A DNA stretch of 64,000 bases from Candidatus Peribacteria bacterium (lineage in GTDB: Bacteria; Patescibacteriota; Gracilibacteria; UBA1369; LOWO2-01-FULL-3). Position numbers and translations under genes: made by a program. Under the pieces are notes generated by a model that was not told the origin of the DNA, made no database searches, and saw only the letters and a list, made by a program, of their open reading frames with translations. Location: the NCBI GenBank assembly GCA_943356465.1, contig CALREX010000003.1, positions 46,450 through 110,449 on the forward strand. Direction: 5' to 3'. Of the stretch, positions 36,992 to 47,534 are shown piece by piece (within the stretch, counting starts at the first letter, position 1; the number at the start of each line of letters is the position of its first letter).

Positions 36992-39394
36992 ATGCCACCA
37001 AACAAAGACTTACTTGGCAAAAATATTATCTTCATAAATTCAGGAGGAAAAAAGAAAAAATTCACACTTGAAAAAGCAAAAAGCCTAGGGTTAAACATCA
37101 TTTTGGTTAATCAAAAACTGGACACAAACAAAAAACTCATCGACCACTTCATCGAAGCAGACACTTACAACCATAAAGAAGTAATCGATAAATTAAAATT
37201 ATTTCAAAAAAACAATCCAGAAATAAAATTCGACGGAGCAATAACATTCTGGGAAGACGATATTCCACTTTTAGCAAGAGTATGTGAAGAATTTAAACTC
37301 TCCGGAAACAGCTACGAAACTTCAATAAGGACAAGAAATAAATACGAAATGAGAAAACGTCTTGCCGAAACAAACCTCGGAAATCCACTTTTTCATATGG
37401 TAAAAAATAAAAACGATTTAAAAAAAGCCATAGAGCAAATAGGATTTCCTGCAGTAATGAAGCCTGCATGGGGAGCAGACAGTGAATTTGTAATATTGGT
37501 AAAAAACGAAGAAGAGGCAAAAAGCACTTTGGATTATTTGCAAAAAAACTGTAATGAAAAATTCAATCCGATTTTCAAATATAACAATGGAACTTTTTTG
37601 TTTGAAGAATATATGGATGGAATGGAAATAAGTTTGGAATGTTTTTCTCAATATGGAATCCCGCATGTCATAGGAATAAATGAAAAACAACCTATAAAAC
37701 CTCCTTACTTTGTGGAATACGGAGATATCGCTCCGGCAAGGTTAGACGACGAAGTCGAAATGGAAGCAATAAAATTGGCGGAATCAGCTTTGATAGCTTT
37801 AGGAGTACAAAACAGCCTTGCACATATAGAAGTAAAAATAACTTCAACAGGTACAAAAATTGTAGAGGTCGGATCGAGAATGGGTGGAGATGATATATAC
37901 ACAAACGTGAAAAATGTTTGGGACACAGACATGGTGGAAATAGGAATAAGAATAGCCTGCGGCCTAAACACAAATTATAAAAACACTCCGTCAAAAGGAT
38001 GCGTAATATGCCGTTATTTCATTCCAAATCATTCAGGAATAATAACAAATATTGAAGGAGTAAAAGAAGCACAACAAATAAAAAATGTTCTTCAATTAAT
38101 CATAACAAAAGATGTTGGAGATGCAATTTTAGTACCACCTGAAGGATTCGAAAATGCAGGATGGGCTGTAGTAAAAGGGCGAACATATCAGGAAGCGGAA
38201 ACACTGATGAACAGAGTAACAAGCAAAATCGAGATAAATGTAACTCGTTTCCACAAAGATTCATCACTTGGAAAAACAATAAGACAATCCCCTCTTTCAT
38301 CAGCATCAATTGTCCGCGAACAAATCATAAAAGCTTCAAAAATAGAAAAACTCAGAATAGTGGATAAGAATAAAATCAAAAAATTACACATTGGAATCGT
38401 TGCAAATTCTCTGATTCCTATATACAGCGAAAATTCAAAGAAATTTTTCACAGGAGAAGATATTAAAAATATATTAGAAGCAAAAGGCTACAATGTAACT
38501 TTATTTGATGTAGGAGAATCAACATTGCCAATCGAAAAAATTCAAAGAGCAAATCTCGATTTCGTAATGAATCTCTGCGAAGCAATTTACGATTCACCAT
38601 TGCTAAAATCACACTCTGCAGCATTATTCGACATGCTACAATTGCCTTACACAGGGTCAAATCCTGGAACACTATCACTCTCTTTGGATAAAATAAAAGT
38701 AAAAAAAATCCTTGAATATCACGATATTCCGACACCGGCATGGGATTATGTTGAAAGTATGGACGACGAAATAAGCGACGAACTTGAGTATCCACTAATT
38801 GTAAAACCGGCAAACTCCGACAACTTTTTCGGAATAAACAATCAATCAGTTGTAACTAATGAAAAAGACCTAAAAAAACAACTACGCACAATAATAGAAG
38901 GATTCAAACGACCTGCACTGATAGAGGAATATATTGAAGGAACAGAAATAGATGTTTCGCTCATCGGAAATGAAGAAGAAGTGGAAGTTTTACCGCTTAT
39001 ACGTTCAACTTTTGATAAAACGCCAAGAGACCATTGGCATATATATTCATCAGACCTTTGGGATGACAAAAATAAACATATTTTAGACACAATAAAAGTC
39101 GAAAAACCTGCAAAAATAAACAAAAAACTTGAGACATTAATAAGCGAAATGGCACTGGACGTTTACAATATTTTCGACTGCCACGATTACGGAAAAATAG
39201 AGTTCAGAGTAGATAAAGAAGGGAATCCATACGTAATAGAATTAAATCCAAATCCACCGATAGAAAGAGATAATTTCATTGCCATATCGGCAAAACTCGC
39301 CGGATACAGCTATGAAGATTTGATAGAAAAAATACTTTGGCTCGCTATACAAAGATACAAAGACAAACCACCGTTCTATCATCTACAATTCTAA
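36992..39394 (+). CDS. fusion of two ATP-grasp ligase modules (L-amino-acid-ligase-like N-half, D-Ala-D-Ala-ligase-like C-half)
   Basis: 800 aa. N-half: FPAVMKPAWGADSEFVILV, FEEYMDGMEISLECF, KIVEVGSRMGGD. C-half: LHIGIVAN...ALFDMLQLPYTGSNP, YPLIVKPANSDNFFGI, LIEEYIEGTEIDVSLIG, PYVIELNPNP. Confidence 0.85.
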   Translation: MPPNKDLLGKNIIFINSGGKKKKFTLEKAKSLGLNIILVNQKLDTNKKLIDHFIEADTYNHKEVIDKLKLFQKNNPEIKFDGAITFWEDDIPLLARVCEEFKLSGNSYETSIRTRNKYEMRKRLAETNLGNPLFHMVKNKNDLKKAIEQIGFPAVMKPAWGADSEFVILVKNEEEAKSTLDYLQKNCNEKFNPIFKYNNGTFLFEEYMDGMEISLECFSQYGIPHVIGINEKQPIKPPYFVEYGDIAPARLDDEVEMEAIKLAESALIALGVQNSLAHIEVKITSTGTKIVEVGSRMGGDDIYTNVKNVWDTDMVEIGIRIACGLNTNYKNTPSKGCVICRYFIPNHSGIITNIEGVKEAQQIKNVLQLIITKDVGDAILVPPEGFENAGWAVVKGRTYQEAETLMNRVTSKIEINVTRFHKDSSLGKTIRQSPLSSASIVREQIIKASKIEKLRIVDKNKIKKLHIGIVANSLIPIYSENSKKFFTGEDIKNILEAKGYNVTLFDVGESTLPIEKIQRANLDFVMNLCEAIYDSPLLKSHSAALFDMLQLPYTGSNPGTLSLSLDKIKVKKILEYHDIPTPAWDYVESMDDEISDELEYPLIVKPANSDNFFGINNQSVVTNEKDLKKQLRTIIEGFKRPALIEEYIEGTEIDVSLIGNEEEVEVLPLIRSTFDKTPRDHWHIYSSDLWDDKNKHILDTIKVEKPAKINKKLETLISEMALDVYNIFDCHDYGKIEFRVDKEGNPYVIELNPNPPIERDNFIAISAKLAGYSYEDLIEKILWLAIQRYKDKPPFYHLQF

Positions 39395-40683
39395 TGGGGA
39401 AAAATATTCTGATAGTTACAGGCTCGGATTACAGCGATATAGTATATCAAGCCTTTTATGACACAAAAAAACTTGGACATAAACTATATCTTTTGAGCGA
39501 CGGATCTTTTGAACCACGACCTGAAGTTTTCGAAAAACATTTTATATACGACCTTAGAAAGACAAAAGAAAGCTTAGAGTACATGAAAAATCAAAATGAG
39601 AAATTTGACGCAGTAACAATAAAAACTTCAGAATGGCTCACTCCGTTAGTCGCACTTTTGGCTAAACAATACGGATGTATAGGCAATGAACCAATTGTGG
39701 CATTCAACTGTCGGAGTAAATATCACATGCGACAATGTTTGGAGCGCGGAGGTGTTCCGATACCAAAATTTAAACTTTGCAAAAATTACGAAGAACTGAT
39801 TAATGGCATAAGAGAGATAAAAACTCCATGTGTGGCAAAACCGGTTGGAGGAAATGCAAGCTATGGAACCTTCATGATAAGAGACGAAAAGGACATTGAG
39901 TCACTAAAAGAAAATTATGAAAACTCAATAAAATTCCTTAAAGAAAAAGCAATCGACAGTGATGTTTTTGCCTTTGATAAAGAGGAAATGGACCTCATCG
40001 GCGTAGACGGCCATGTCGACATGATAACAGATTATCTTGTCGAAGAATTTATGGATGGACATGAAATAAGCGTAGACGCATTAGTTCAAAATGGAGAAGT
40101 TAACATCATAGGAACAGAAGACCAAGTCAGGATGGAACCACCCTATTTCGTACAACTGGCAGCCAGATTACCATACGTATGTTCAGCAAACGAACAAGCC
40201 CAAATATCAGATTTGATAAAACTCACTATCAAGGCAATGAACATTAAAAATTCAGCAACACACACAGAAATAATGTTCACATCACAAGGGCCGAAAATAG
40301 TAGAAATAGGATGCCGTATCGGCGGCGACAATCTTCACGATGACATTCTAAACCTCACAGGATACAACCTAATGTTTGAATCAATAATGATAGCGCTAGG
40401 AGAAAAAAGGCATTACGAAGTCAAAAACAAAGGACACAAAGTTTTAAAATACATACTTCCTGAAAAGAAAGGAAGAATTAAAAAGATACACATTCCGGAT
40501 GAAATAAAGTACGATAGTAATAATTTCAATATTGAAATTTTATCAAGCGTTGATGACTTTGTCGCATTGCCTCCGGAAAAATTCGACTACATCGGATATA
40601 TTTCCGGCAGAGGAGAAACAGCGGAAGAAGCGGAAAAAAACACAAATGAAGCCTTAAAAAAAATAGAAATCATAATAGAATAA
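39394..40683 (+). CDS. ATP-grasp ligase (L-amino-acid-ligase-like)
   Basis: The ATG at 39394 overlaps the upstream TAA (TAATG). MGKNILIVTGS..., TPCVAKPVGGNASYGTFMI, LVEEFMDGHEISVDAL, KIVEIGCRIGGD. It is a paralog of the N-half of the 800-aa protein. Confidence 0.85.
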   Translation: MGKNILIVTGSDYSDIVYQAFYDTKKLGHKLYLLSDGSFEPRPEVFEKHFIYDLRKTKESLEYMKNQNEKFDAVTIKTSEWLTPLVALLAKQYGCIGNEPIVAFNCRSKYHMRQCLERGGVPIPKFKLCKNYEELINGIREIKTPCVAKPVGGNASYGTFMIRDEKDIESLKENYENSIKFLKEKAIDSDVFAFDKEEMDLIGVDGHVDMITDYLVEEFMDGHEISVDALVQNGEVNIIGTEDQVRMEPPYFVQLAARLPYVCSANEQAQISDLIKLTIKAMNIKNSATHTEIMFTSQGPKIVEIGCRIGGDNLHDDILNLTGYNLMFESIMIALGEKRHYEVKNKGHKVLKYILPEKKGRIKKIHIPDEIKYDSNNFNIEILSSVDDFVALPPEKFDYIGYISGRGETAEEAEKNTNEALKKIEIIIE

Positions 40684-40685
40684 AA

Positions 40686-41984
40686 ATGAATATAGTATCA
40701 ACCCAAAGCTATGAAATCTTATTCTCAAACAACAGAGATAAGTATTATTTCATAATACTAAAAAACAATCCTGGGCGAGATTTTTTTCTAGCAAATATTT
40801 CAAAAGATAAAATAATAGATATAGAAGCAAAAGAAAGTTCACTTTCGGAAACAGAACTGATAAAAAGATCTGGATTCTTAAAAAAATTAAAAGAAAAAAA
40901 GATAGAGGCATACTACCTAAACAGCCTTTCCTCAAGCCCTTTAGACAAATGGGCAAAGAAAAATAAAATAAAATTATTATCTCCCACTTGGGCTCTTCAA
41001 AAAAAACTCGAAGATAAAATATTTTTCGACAAACTTTTGAAAAAAAATAAAGTTTCGTCCCCATTTAGCGTAATTCCAAAAAAAGAAAAAGATATAGAAT
41101 CAATCACAAAATTCCCGGGAGTTGTACAAGTGCCATATAGCCATGGATCGCAAGGAACATTCTTGGTAAAAGATAAAAAAGAAATATTTGAATTATTGAA
41201 AAACAAGAAAATGAAATTTCCATTTTTATATCGCGAATTTATAAAAGGACTACCTGTTGGAGTCACTCTTCTTCTAAGCAAGAAAGAGATGATTTTCTCT
41301 AGCATAAGAGGACAAGCAATCATGCTGGACAGCAAAAACACAAACAAATATCTTGGAATTCAGTGGATGAAAACTTCAGAATTTAAAAAAGAAGGAATAA
41401 AAAATCTCAATAAAACACTTATATCAATGGGGAAAGTTTTACAAAAATTAAAACTTTACGGAACAGCTAGTATAGACCTAATAATAAGAGATAATGATGT
41501 TTTTGTAATCGAATGCAATCCAAGACTTTCACTATCAAGCATCCAAATGTCCCAGAGAAAAGAGCTAATACATGGATACGATTTTAATGAAGAGTTCATA
41601 AAAGGCCTGTTTGGACATAAACTTTCAGCAAATAAACCATTTGTTCCAAACACAACTTACGAAGGATGCACTTTGGATTTGGACTTTTTCGAAAACAAAT
41701 TAAGCGGTAAAAAAACAAAAAGAGTTCACAAAATAGGAATGTACAAAATAAAAAATGGAACTTTACAATATCTGTCCGACAAAATGAAAGATTTTAAAAA
41801 CAAAGATATAATTTTTGTAGACCACAAACTTGAAAAAAACGTAGTACTAAGCCCAAAAGACGACTACGGAATGGTGATTTCACACCACCCTGTCGTAAAG
41901 ATAGAACATGGAACTTTCTCTATCAAAGACAAGAATAAAATCTTGGCAGGAATAGAAAAATTACTTCTTTCAAACACTAAATAG
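40686..41984 (+). CDS. divergent ATP-grasp-like protein
   Basis: 432 aa, starting 2 nt after the preceding stop. FPGVVQVPYSHGSQGTFLVKDKKE, LYREFIKGLPVGVTLL, ASIDLIIRDNDVFVIECNPRLS. Confidence 0.65.
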   Translation: MNIVSTQSYEILFSNNRDKYYFIILKNNPGRDFFLANISKDKIIDIEAKESSLSETELIKRSGFLKKLKEKKIEAYYLNSLSSSPLDKWAKKNKIKLLSPTWALQKKLEDKIFFDKLLKKNKVSSPFSVIPKKEKDIESITKFPGVVQVPYSHGSQGTFLVKDKKEIFELLKNKKMKFPFLYREFIKGLPVGVTLLLSKKEMIFSSIRGQAIMLDSKNTNKYLGIQWMKTSEFKKEGIKNLNKTLISMGKVLQKLKLYGTASIDLIIRDNDVFVIECNPRLSLSSIQMSQRKELIHGYDFNEEFIKGLFGHKLSANKPFVPNTTYEGCTLDLDFFENKLSGKKTKRVHKIGMYKIKNGTLQYLSDKMKDFKNKDIIFVDHKLEKNVVLSPKDDYGMVISHHPVVKIEHGTFSIKDKNKILAGIEKLLLSNTK

Positions 41985-42888
41985 TAAGAACAAACTGCGG
42001 AATTGTTTTAAACAATTTTTCTTTATAGGACCCTTCTTCACTTTCTGCAAAATCAATCAATTTTAGACCTAAAGAAAGAGCATCTTGCATATCAAGCAAT
42101 GTAAGATAATGCCCTATTCCGGGACATTTGATCGTATCGTTTCCACACAACATAGTGTAATAAACATCTCCACAAATAAAATTCAGATCAACCCCAACGA
42201 TTTCACCATTAACCTTCACGGAAATCATTCTGCTTTTATATTTTCCACCATTTTTTCCATTTTCGATGATACGGTTAAAGGTCTTGATAATGCGCTCATC
42301 CTTGAACGGAGAATCAGAAAACTTATCTGAGTTAAATCTCATCAGTGCATTTAAATCTTCAAAATGATCGAAAAGAATTTCAGGATTTAATTCATCAACT
42401 CTTTTTTTATCTCTCCTCAAATTTTGTCGAAGTTTCGTGTTTATAGTCATAAAGAAATCATCAACAGAATTAATACCATCGAGATTTAAAACTTGTTTTG
42501 GATCAGACTTCAAAAGCCTATCATCCCCTACTAAAAAATCACACGCACTTTCCTTCAAACTATTTAAAACAGTCGATTTCGGACAAGCATCAATCAAAGA
42601 TTTTAAATATTTTTTGTCTTTTATCCAAAAAGAATTTTCTTCCTGCCAATTAAATCCGTCACCAATATCTCCAAACCAAAAATATTTATTTTTATCACTA
42701 ATATACCAAAGAGGCAGCAAACCAACATTTCGATTTTCGTCCTGCAGAAGAACAAAATGGAAGTCATACTTAAAAAATTCAAAAAAAGAAAAACGAAAAT
42801 CCCATTCATCAAAAATCGACAAATGTGGAGAAAATTCTTCCCATAATTTTTTACACTCATCTCTATTTTCAACAAAAATTGCATTCAT
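41977..42888 (-). CDS. FemAB-like / GNAT-fold (Acetyltransf_6, CelD/BioF2-like) transferase candidate
   Basis: 303 aa. Size and C-terminal pattern (...ISVKVNGEIVGVDLNF...GIGHYLTLLDMQDALSLGLKLIDFAESEEGSYKEKLF) resemble that family. The assignment is from memory only. Confidence 0.5.
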   Translation of the reverse strand: MNAIFVENRDECKKLWEEFSPHLSIFDEWDFRFSFFEFFKYDFHFVLLQDENRNVGLLPLWYISDKNKYFWFGDIGDGFNWQEENSFWIKDKKYLKSLIDACPKSTVLNSLKESACDFLVGDDRLLKSDPKQVLNLDGINSVDDFFMTINTKLRQNLRRDKKRVDELNPEILFDHFEDLNALMRFNSDKFSDSPFKDERIIKTFNRIIENGKNGGKYKSRMISVKVNGEIVGVDLNFICGDVYYTMLCGNDTIKCPGIGHYLTLLDMQDALSLGLKLIDFAESEEGSYKEKLFKTIPQFVLTI

Positions 42889-42934
42889 AATTCACATGCA
42901 TTATAGTATTGATATACCCCAATAGAAATCAAAA

Positions 42935-44239
42935 ATGAAAATATCACGTGGAAAAATCAACACAAAACCTTCAAAAAAAACTGACAATCAATTTCACTCA
43001 AGATTTCAAAAAGTTAAAATTTTACGTCCACGATTTCTCGAAATAGGAAAAAAGATAGGTACTCCACTTTATCTCTACGACAAAGAAGAAGTACAAAAAA
43101 ACGTACAAACTTTCAAAAACGCATTTAAAAAAGAAGGACTAAATATAAACATTTTTTTTGCAACAAAAAGCAACTACTATCCTGGAATCCTTAGAACAGT
43201 GGTACAAGAAAAAGAAGGGCTGGACGTCTCAAGTGAGCGAGAACTAAAACTCGCAATAGAAGCAAAAGCGGAAAAAATAGTCTATACAGGACCTGGAAAA
43301 ACAGAAAAAGATTTTGAGTTAATTTTAAAATATCACAAAAAAATCACAGTAAATTTAGAAAGCATACGTGAACTAAAATTACTTGCAGAAATGGCAGAAA
43401 ACAAAAAAGCAACCATGAGATGCGGAGTAAGAATATACACAAAAATGCAGACAGGATGGACAAAATTTGGCATTCCATTAGAAAACCTAAAAACATTTTT
43501 CCATGAAGCAAGAAAACACAAATCAATAAATTTTTGCGGAATTCATTTTCACATCAGTTACAACAAGAACCCTGAGAAATATGTAAAAACATTCAAAATA
43601 TTATCAGAATATTTGAAAGAAAATTTCACAGAAAACGAACGAAAACAATTTCAGTACATAGATATGGGAGGTGGCTTTTATCCGCAGCCATTTGAGGGAA
43701 CTCATCCATGGAATAGAGAGGAGGACAGCATGGAAGTTCCGGATGAAAAAACATTAATATCAACAAAACCGGGAAAAAGATATATACCGATAAAAGTGGA
43801 CCCGATAGAAAAATTCGCTAAAGAAATCTCAAAAATTTACAAAAAAGAAATTCTCCCAATTCTTCCAAATATTTCACTTTATGCAGAACCGGGCCGATAT
43901 ATTTGCCACAGCGCAATGCACATGATTTTCAAAATAATCGACATAAAAAATCCACACCTCGGCATAACAGATGGCAGCAACAACATGATTGGATGGGAAA
44001 GATATCAGTTTTTTCACTATGTTCCATTATTCAACCTCTCACAATTCGATCAAAAAAACGAAATTCCATTCATTACTTATGGCTCACTCTGCACACCTGA
44101 CGACGTTTGGGGATATTACATTTACACAAAAAAGACACCAAAAGAAGGAGATATCCTTGTAATGCCATTTCAAGGAGCATACACATACACATTCGCCCAA
44201 AACTTCATCAAAGAAATTCCACCTGTTTACGATTTATAA
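42935..44239 (+). CDS. fold-type-III PLP-dependent decarboxylase (Orn/DAP/Arg decarboxylase family)
   Basis: 434 aa. PLP-lysine motif FFATKSNYY, IDMGGGF, YAEPGRY, YGSLCTPDD. Confidence 0.85.
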   Translation: MKISRGKINTKPSKKTDNQFHSRFQKVKILRPRFLEIGKKIGTPLYLYDKEEVQKNVQTFKNAFKKEGLNINIFFATKSNYYPGILRTVVQEKEGLDVSSERELKLAIEAKAEKIVYTGPGKTEKDFELILKYHKKITVNLESIRELKLLAEMAENKKATMRCGVRIYTKMQTGWTKFGIPLENLKTFFHEARKHKSINFCGIHFHISYNKNPEKYVKTFKILSEYLKENFTENERKQFQYIDMGGGFYPQPFEGTHPWNREEDSMEVPDEKTLISTKPGKRYIPIKVDPIEKFAKEISKIYKKEILPILPNISLYAEPGRYICHSAMHMIFKIIDIKNPHLGITDGSNNMIGWERYQFFHYVPLFNLSQFDQKNEIPFITYGSLCTPDDVWGYYIYTKKTPKEGDILVMPFQGAYTYTFAQNFIKEIPPVYDL

Positions 44240-44248
44240 AAAAATCGA

Positions 44249-44908
44249 ATGCACACCTCAATCCGTAATTTCATACTCAGAATAACCAGATGCTTCACAA
44301 GCTATAATTTGCTCTATCACATAGCCGCAGCAATATTTACATACATCTGCGTAACATCAGGTTTTGACTGGTTCTACTTCAACGCAACACGATCACCAGA
44401 ATTACAATTTTTCATGTTTCCAGCAGTAATAATAGGCAGCATCGGAACATTGATGATCCTAGTAATTCTACTTCTTATCGGAATAATCAAAAAAAATCAT
44501 AAAATTCTTAAAACAGCTTTTGCGCTAATCGAAGCCGTTTTAATTTCAATAATAATTATAACAATCTATAAAGCCTTAACAGGAAGAGCACACCCCCCTT
44601 ATATATTGGATATGTTTATAAAAAGAACAGACATAAGCCATATTTTTAACTTCGGATTGATAAAAAATAGCGTATTCTATGGATGGCCATCAGGACACAC
44701 AGCCGCATCATTTGCATTTGCAACAACAATTTACAAACTCTACCCTAAGAACAAAATCAAATATCTAGCACTATTTTATGCCTTCTATGTAGGCATCGGA
44801 GTATCAACAAACATTCACTGGTTCTCAGATTTTCTAGCAGGTTCACTTGTAGGAACCGCAATAGGTACAACAGTAGCAAAAGATTTCACTAAACAAATAA
44901 AATCATAA
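44249..44908 (+). CDS. PAP2-family phosphatase (membrane)
   Basis: 219 aa, polytopic. [38 protein letters not shown]. Confidence 0.85.
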   Translation: MHTSIRNFILRITRCFTSYNLLYHIAAAIFTYICVTSGFDWFYFNATRSPELQFFMFPAVIIGSIGTLMILVILLLIGIIKKNHKILKTAFALIEAVLISIIIITIYKALTGRAHPPYILDMFIKRTDISHIFNFGLIKNSVFYGWPSGHTAASFAFATTIYKLYPKNKIKYLALFYAFYVGIGVSTNIHWFSDFLAGSLVGTAIGTTVAKDFTKQIKS

Positions 44909-44912
44909 AATT

Positions 44913-45278
44913 ATGGAACTAAATAAACTCACACCGGAAGAAGAAAACGTAATCATAAGAAAAGGCACAGAAGCTCCATTTTCAGGCGAATACAATAGTT
45001 TTAGAGGAAAAGGCACATATGTTTGTAGGCAATGCAACACACCTCTCTACAGATCAGAAGATAAATTTGATTCGGGCTGCGGATGGCCAAGTTTTGATCA
45101 GGAAATAAAAGGAGCAGTAACAAAAATTCCCGACAGAGACGGCATGAGAACCGAAATCACATGTGCAAATTGCGGAGGACACTTAGGCCATGTATTTACA
45201 GGCGAACATCTGACACCAAAAGACACACGCTTCTGCGTAAATTCTATTTCACTAAAATTCATAAAAGATGACAAATAA
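44913..45278 (+). CDS. msrB: peptide-methionine (R)-S-oxide reductase MsrB
   Basis: 121 aa. [32 protein letters not shown]. Confidence 0.95.
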   Translation: MELNKLTPEEENVIIRKGTEAPFSGEYNSFRGKGTYVCRQCNTPLYRSEDKFDSGCGWPSFDQEIKGAVTKIPDRDGMRTEITCANCGGHLGHVFTGEHLTPKDTRFCVNSISLKFIKDDK

Positions 45279-45753
45279 AGCGATTTTTGCCGCAGGATGT
45301 TTTTGGGGAGTCCAATTTTATTTCAGCAAAGAAAAAGGCGTTATTTCAAGCCAAGTTGGATACATCGGCGGACATACCGAAAATCCAACATATGAAGAAG
45401 TTTGCTCACATAAAACAGGCCACATAGAAGCTATAGAGGTAACATTTGATACAGAAAAAATAACTTATAAAGATTTAGTAAAACTATTTTTCGAAATACA
45501 TGATTTTACTCAAACAGACGGGCAAGGAAATGACATCGGCGAACAATATTTATCAAAAATTTTTTATTTAGACGAAGAACAAAAACAAACAGCAGAAAAA
45601 ATAATAAAAGAATTAGAATCAAAAGGTTACAAAGTAGCGACAACAATTGAAAAAGCAGACACATTCTATAAAGCAGAAGAATATCATCAAAATTACTACG
45701 ACAAAACAGGCGGCGAACCATATTGTCACATCAGAAAAAAAATCTTCGATTAA
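45268..45753 (+). CDS. msrA: peptide-methionine (S)-S-oxide reductase MsrA
   Basis: 161 aa. [36 protein letters not shown]. Confidence 0.95.
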   Translation: MTNKAIFAAGCFWGVQFYFSKEKGVISSQVGYIGGHTENPTYEEVCSHKTGHIEAIEVTFDTEKITYKDLVKLFFEIHDFTQTDGQGNDIGEQYLSKIFYLDEEQKQTAEKIIKELESKGYKVATTIEKADTFYKAEEYHQNYYDKTGGEPYCHIRKKIFD

Positions 45754-47431
45754 TTTTCTATCACAGTTCTTACAAGCCTAGTGCCCTTTGTAGAACTTTC
45801 AATTCTAAATGGAGAAATACTTGAGTGAATCTTCAAAAATCCACTGACACTAGCACAATATGATCCTTCTGTAGAAAATTGTAATTGTATAACAGAACTT
45901 TCAGCAAAAATACTTTTTCTAGAAATTGATTTACCTTCATGACGAAGAAGATATTCAATAGTCGCACGCTGCCAAGGTTTTGCTTCAGAGAAATTTTCAT
46001 CAAGCCATTTTTGCGCAACTTCATCCAGTTTAGTCTCACCACTTGCATCATTCGCACCATCATGATCATTTGCACCACTCGCGACTTCTGCATCTTTATC
46101 CTTTGCATTGTCATTCGTGCCACTCGCGACTTCCCCACTTTTATCTACTACATGGTCACTCGTGTCAACTGCACTACCTAAATCAGCAACCACCTTATCA
46201 CCAATTTCATCATCATGAACTAAAGTGGTCAATCCTTCCTTCTCTAATTCTTTGGCAACGTTCCACTCAAGCACACTTATAATATGTCTGGTTATACCAA
46301 TTCGACTATCATTTGGATTAGTAGCTTCTTGAATCTTCAAAATTGCCCTACGATGTTCCAAAGCTTCAGCATATCTATGGATAAAATCAAAAAATTTAGA
46401 TATATCAATATGTAAACGTATTAATGCACCGGCTACATTTCTGGAAATATTATCAAGAGCAAGCAATCTACCACGAACAGCAATAAGATCATCAATAGAA
46501 CGTCTCTCCACAGCACTTCTTGCAGAATCAAAAACAGCACCAAAAGACGTACTGTCGTCTAAGACAGCTTTATCTTTAGGCTTAGAATCGTTTTTCTTAT
46601 CATCAGATGCAATCCTAGTTCTTATCCTTTGCAAAAAAGTTTCATGATCATGGATATGTGGACGACTATTTGCAGCAAATTCCATCTGTATCGATAAAGA
46701 TTTTTCAGCATGTTTCAGGGCAATTTCAGGCCTATTGTTGTGAAGAAGAATATTGGCAATTTTAGTATTTGCACGAATCAAATCAATCCAATTGCTACGA
46801 GCCGCCTCCGCAAGTAAAACATGTTGTCCAAAAGCCGTGATAGCTTCCTCATTTCTTTCAAAAAATGCCCTCTCCATAAGACTTGCAGCCATTTCGAAAC
46901 TCAAGTTTTCAACCTGTTCAATATAATGCTCAAGAGAATTCGGATTTGGAACAAATCTTCTAGAACTAGCTGGTGCTGGTGCTGGCACAGGTTCCGGTTC
47001 TCGATGAGAAAGCTCTATATCAGCATTCCCACCATCAACTGGCTCAACAACTCTCACAACAGGAGCTTGAGAAGGAAGAGCAACCTGAGAAATTACACCG
47101 GAATTTCGCATTGAAGCCGAAATAATCACTTCAACAGACGAACCAAGCCCCGCCCCAATCGCAGCAAAAGCATGAGCATCACCAGCCATCGCCACAGCTG
47201 TAGCAATACATTTTCGTCCAACAGCCTGACAAATTCTAAGCACATTCTCTTCATTAATTTCCAAAGAGTCCACTCCGGCCCGCGACATCAAATCAGAGAT
47301 AGCCTCTCTGACAAATTTACGCAAATCTTTCAAAAATCCATCATCAACCTCAAATGGAAGTCTCTCCATAACAACAGGCAAAAATTGATCAGTATGCGCC
47401 TCCACCACTTCAGCTAAATCAAATTGTGACA
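45750..47431 (-). CDS. large hypothetical protein (orphan)
   Basis: ORF 45750..47552 starts at a TTG and would overlap the divergent gene. The ATG at 47431 gives MSQFDLAEVVEAH... There is no signal peptide or TM segment. Composition is atypical (APAPAPASS; EVASG(T/A)ND repeats). Confidence 0.65.
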
Positions 47432-47534
47432 TCTCTATAAAATTAAATTTGGGAGGAACTTTACAGCACAAAAAACGACCAGTCAAATCAAGCAACATTG
47501 ACAAAATTACAAAATTGAGACAAAATAGCGTTCT

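Noticed and set aside
39337-39393. An upstream extension of the second ATP-grasp ORF (MARYTKIQRQTTVLSSTIL...).
   Set aside because: It lies entirely inside the end of the preceding 800-aa gene. The TAATG overlap start at 39394 gives a typical MGKNILIV ATP-grasp N-terminus.
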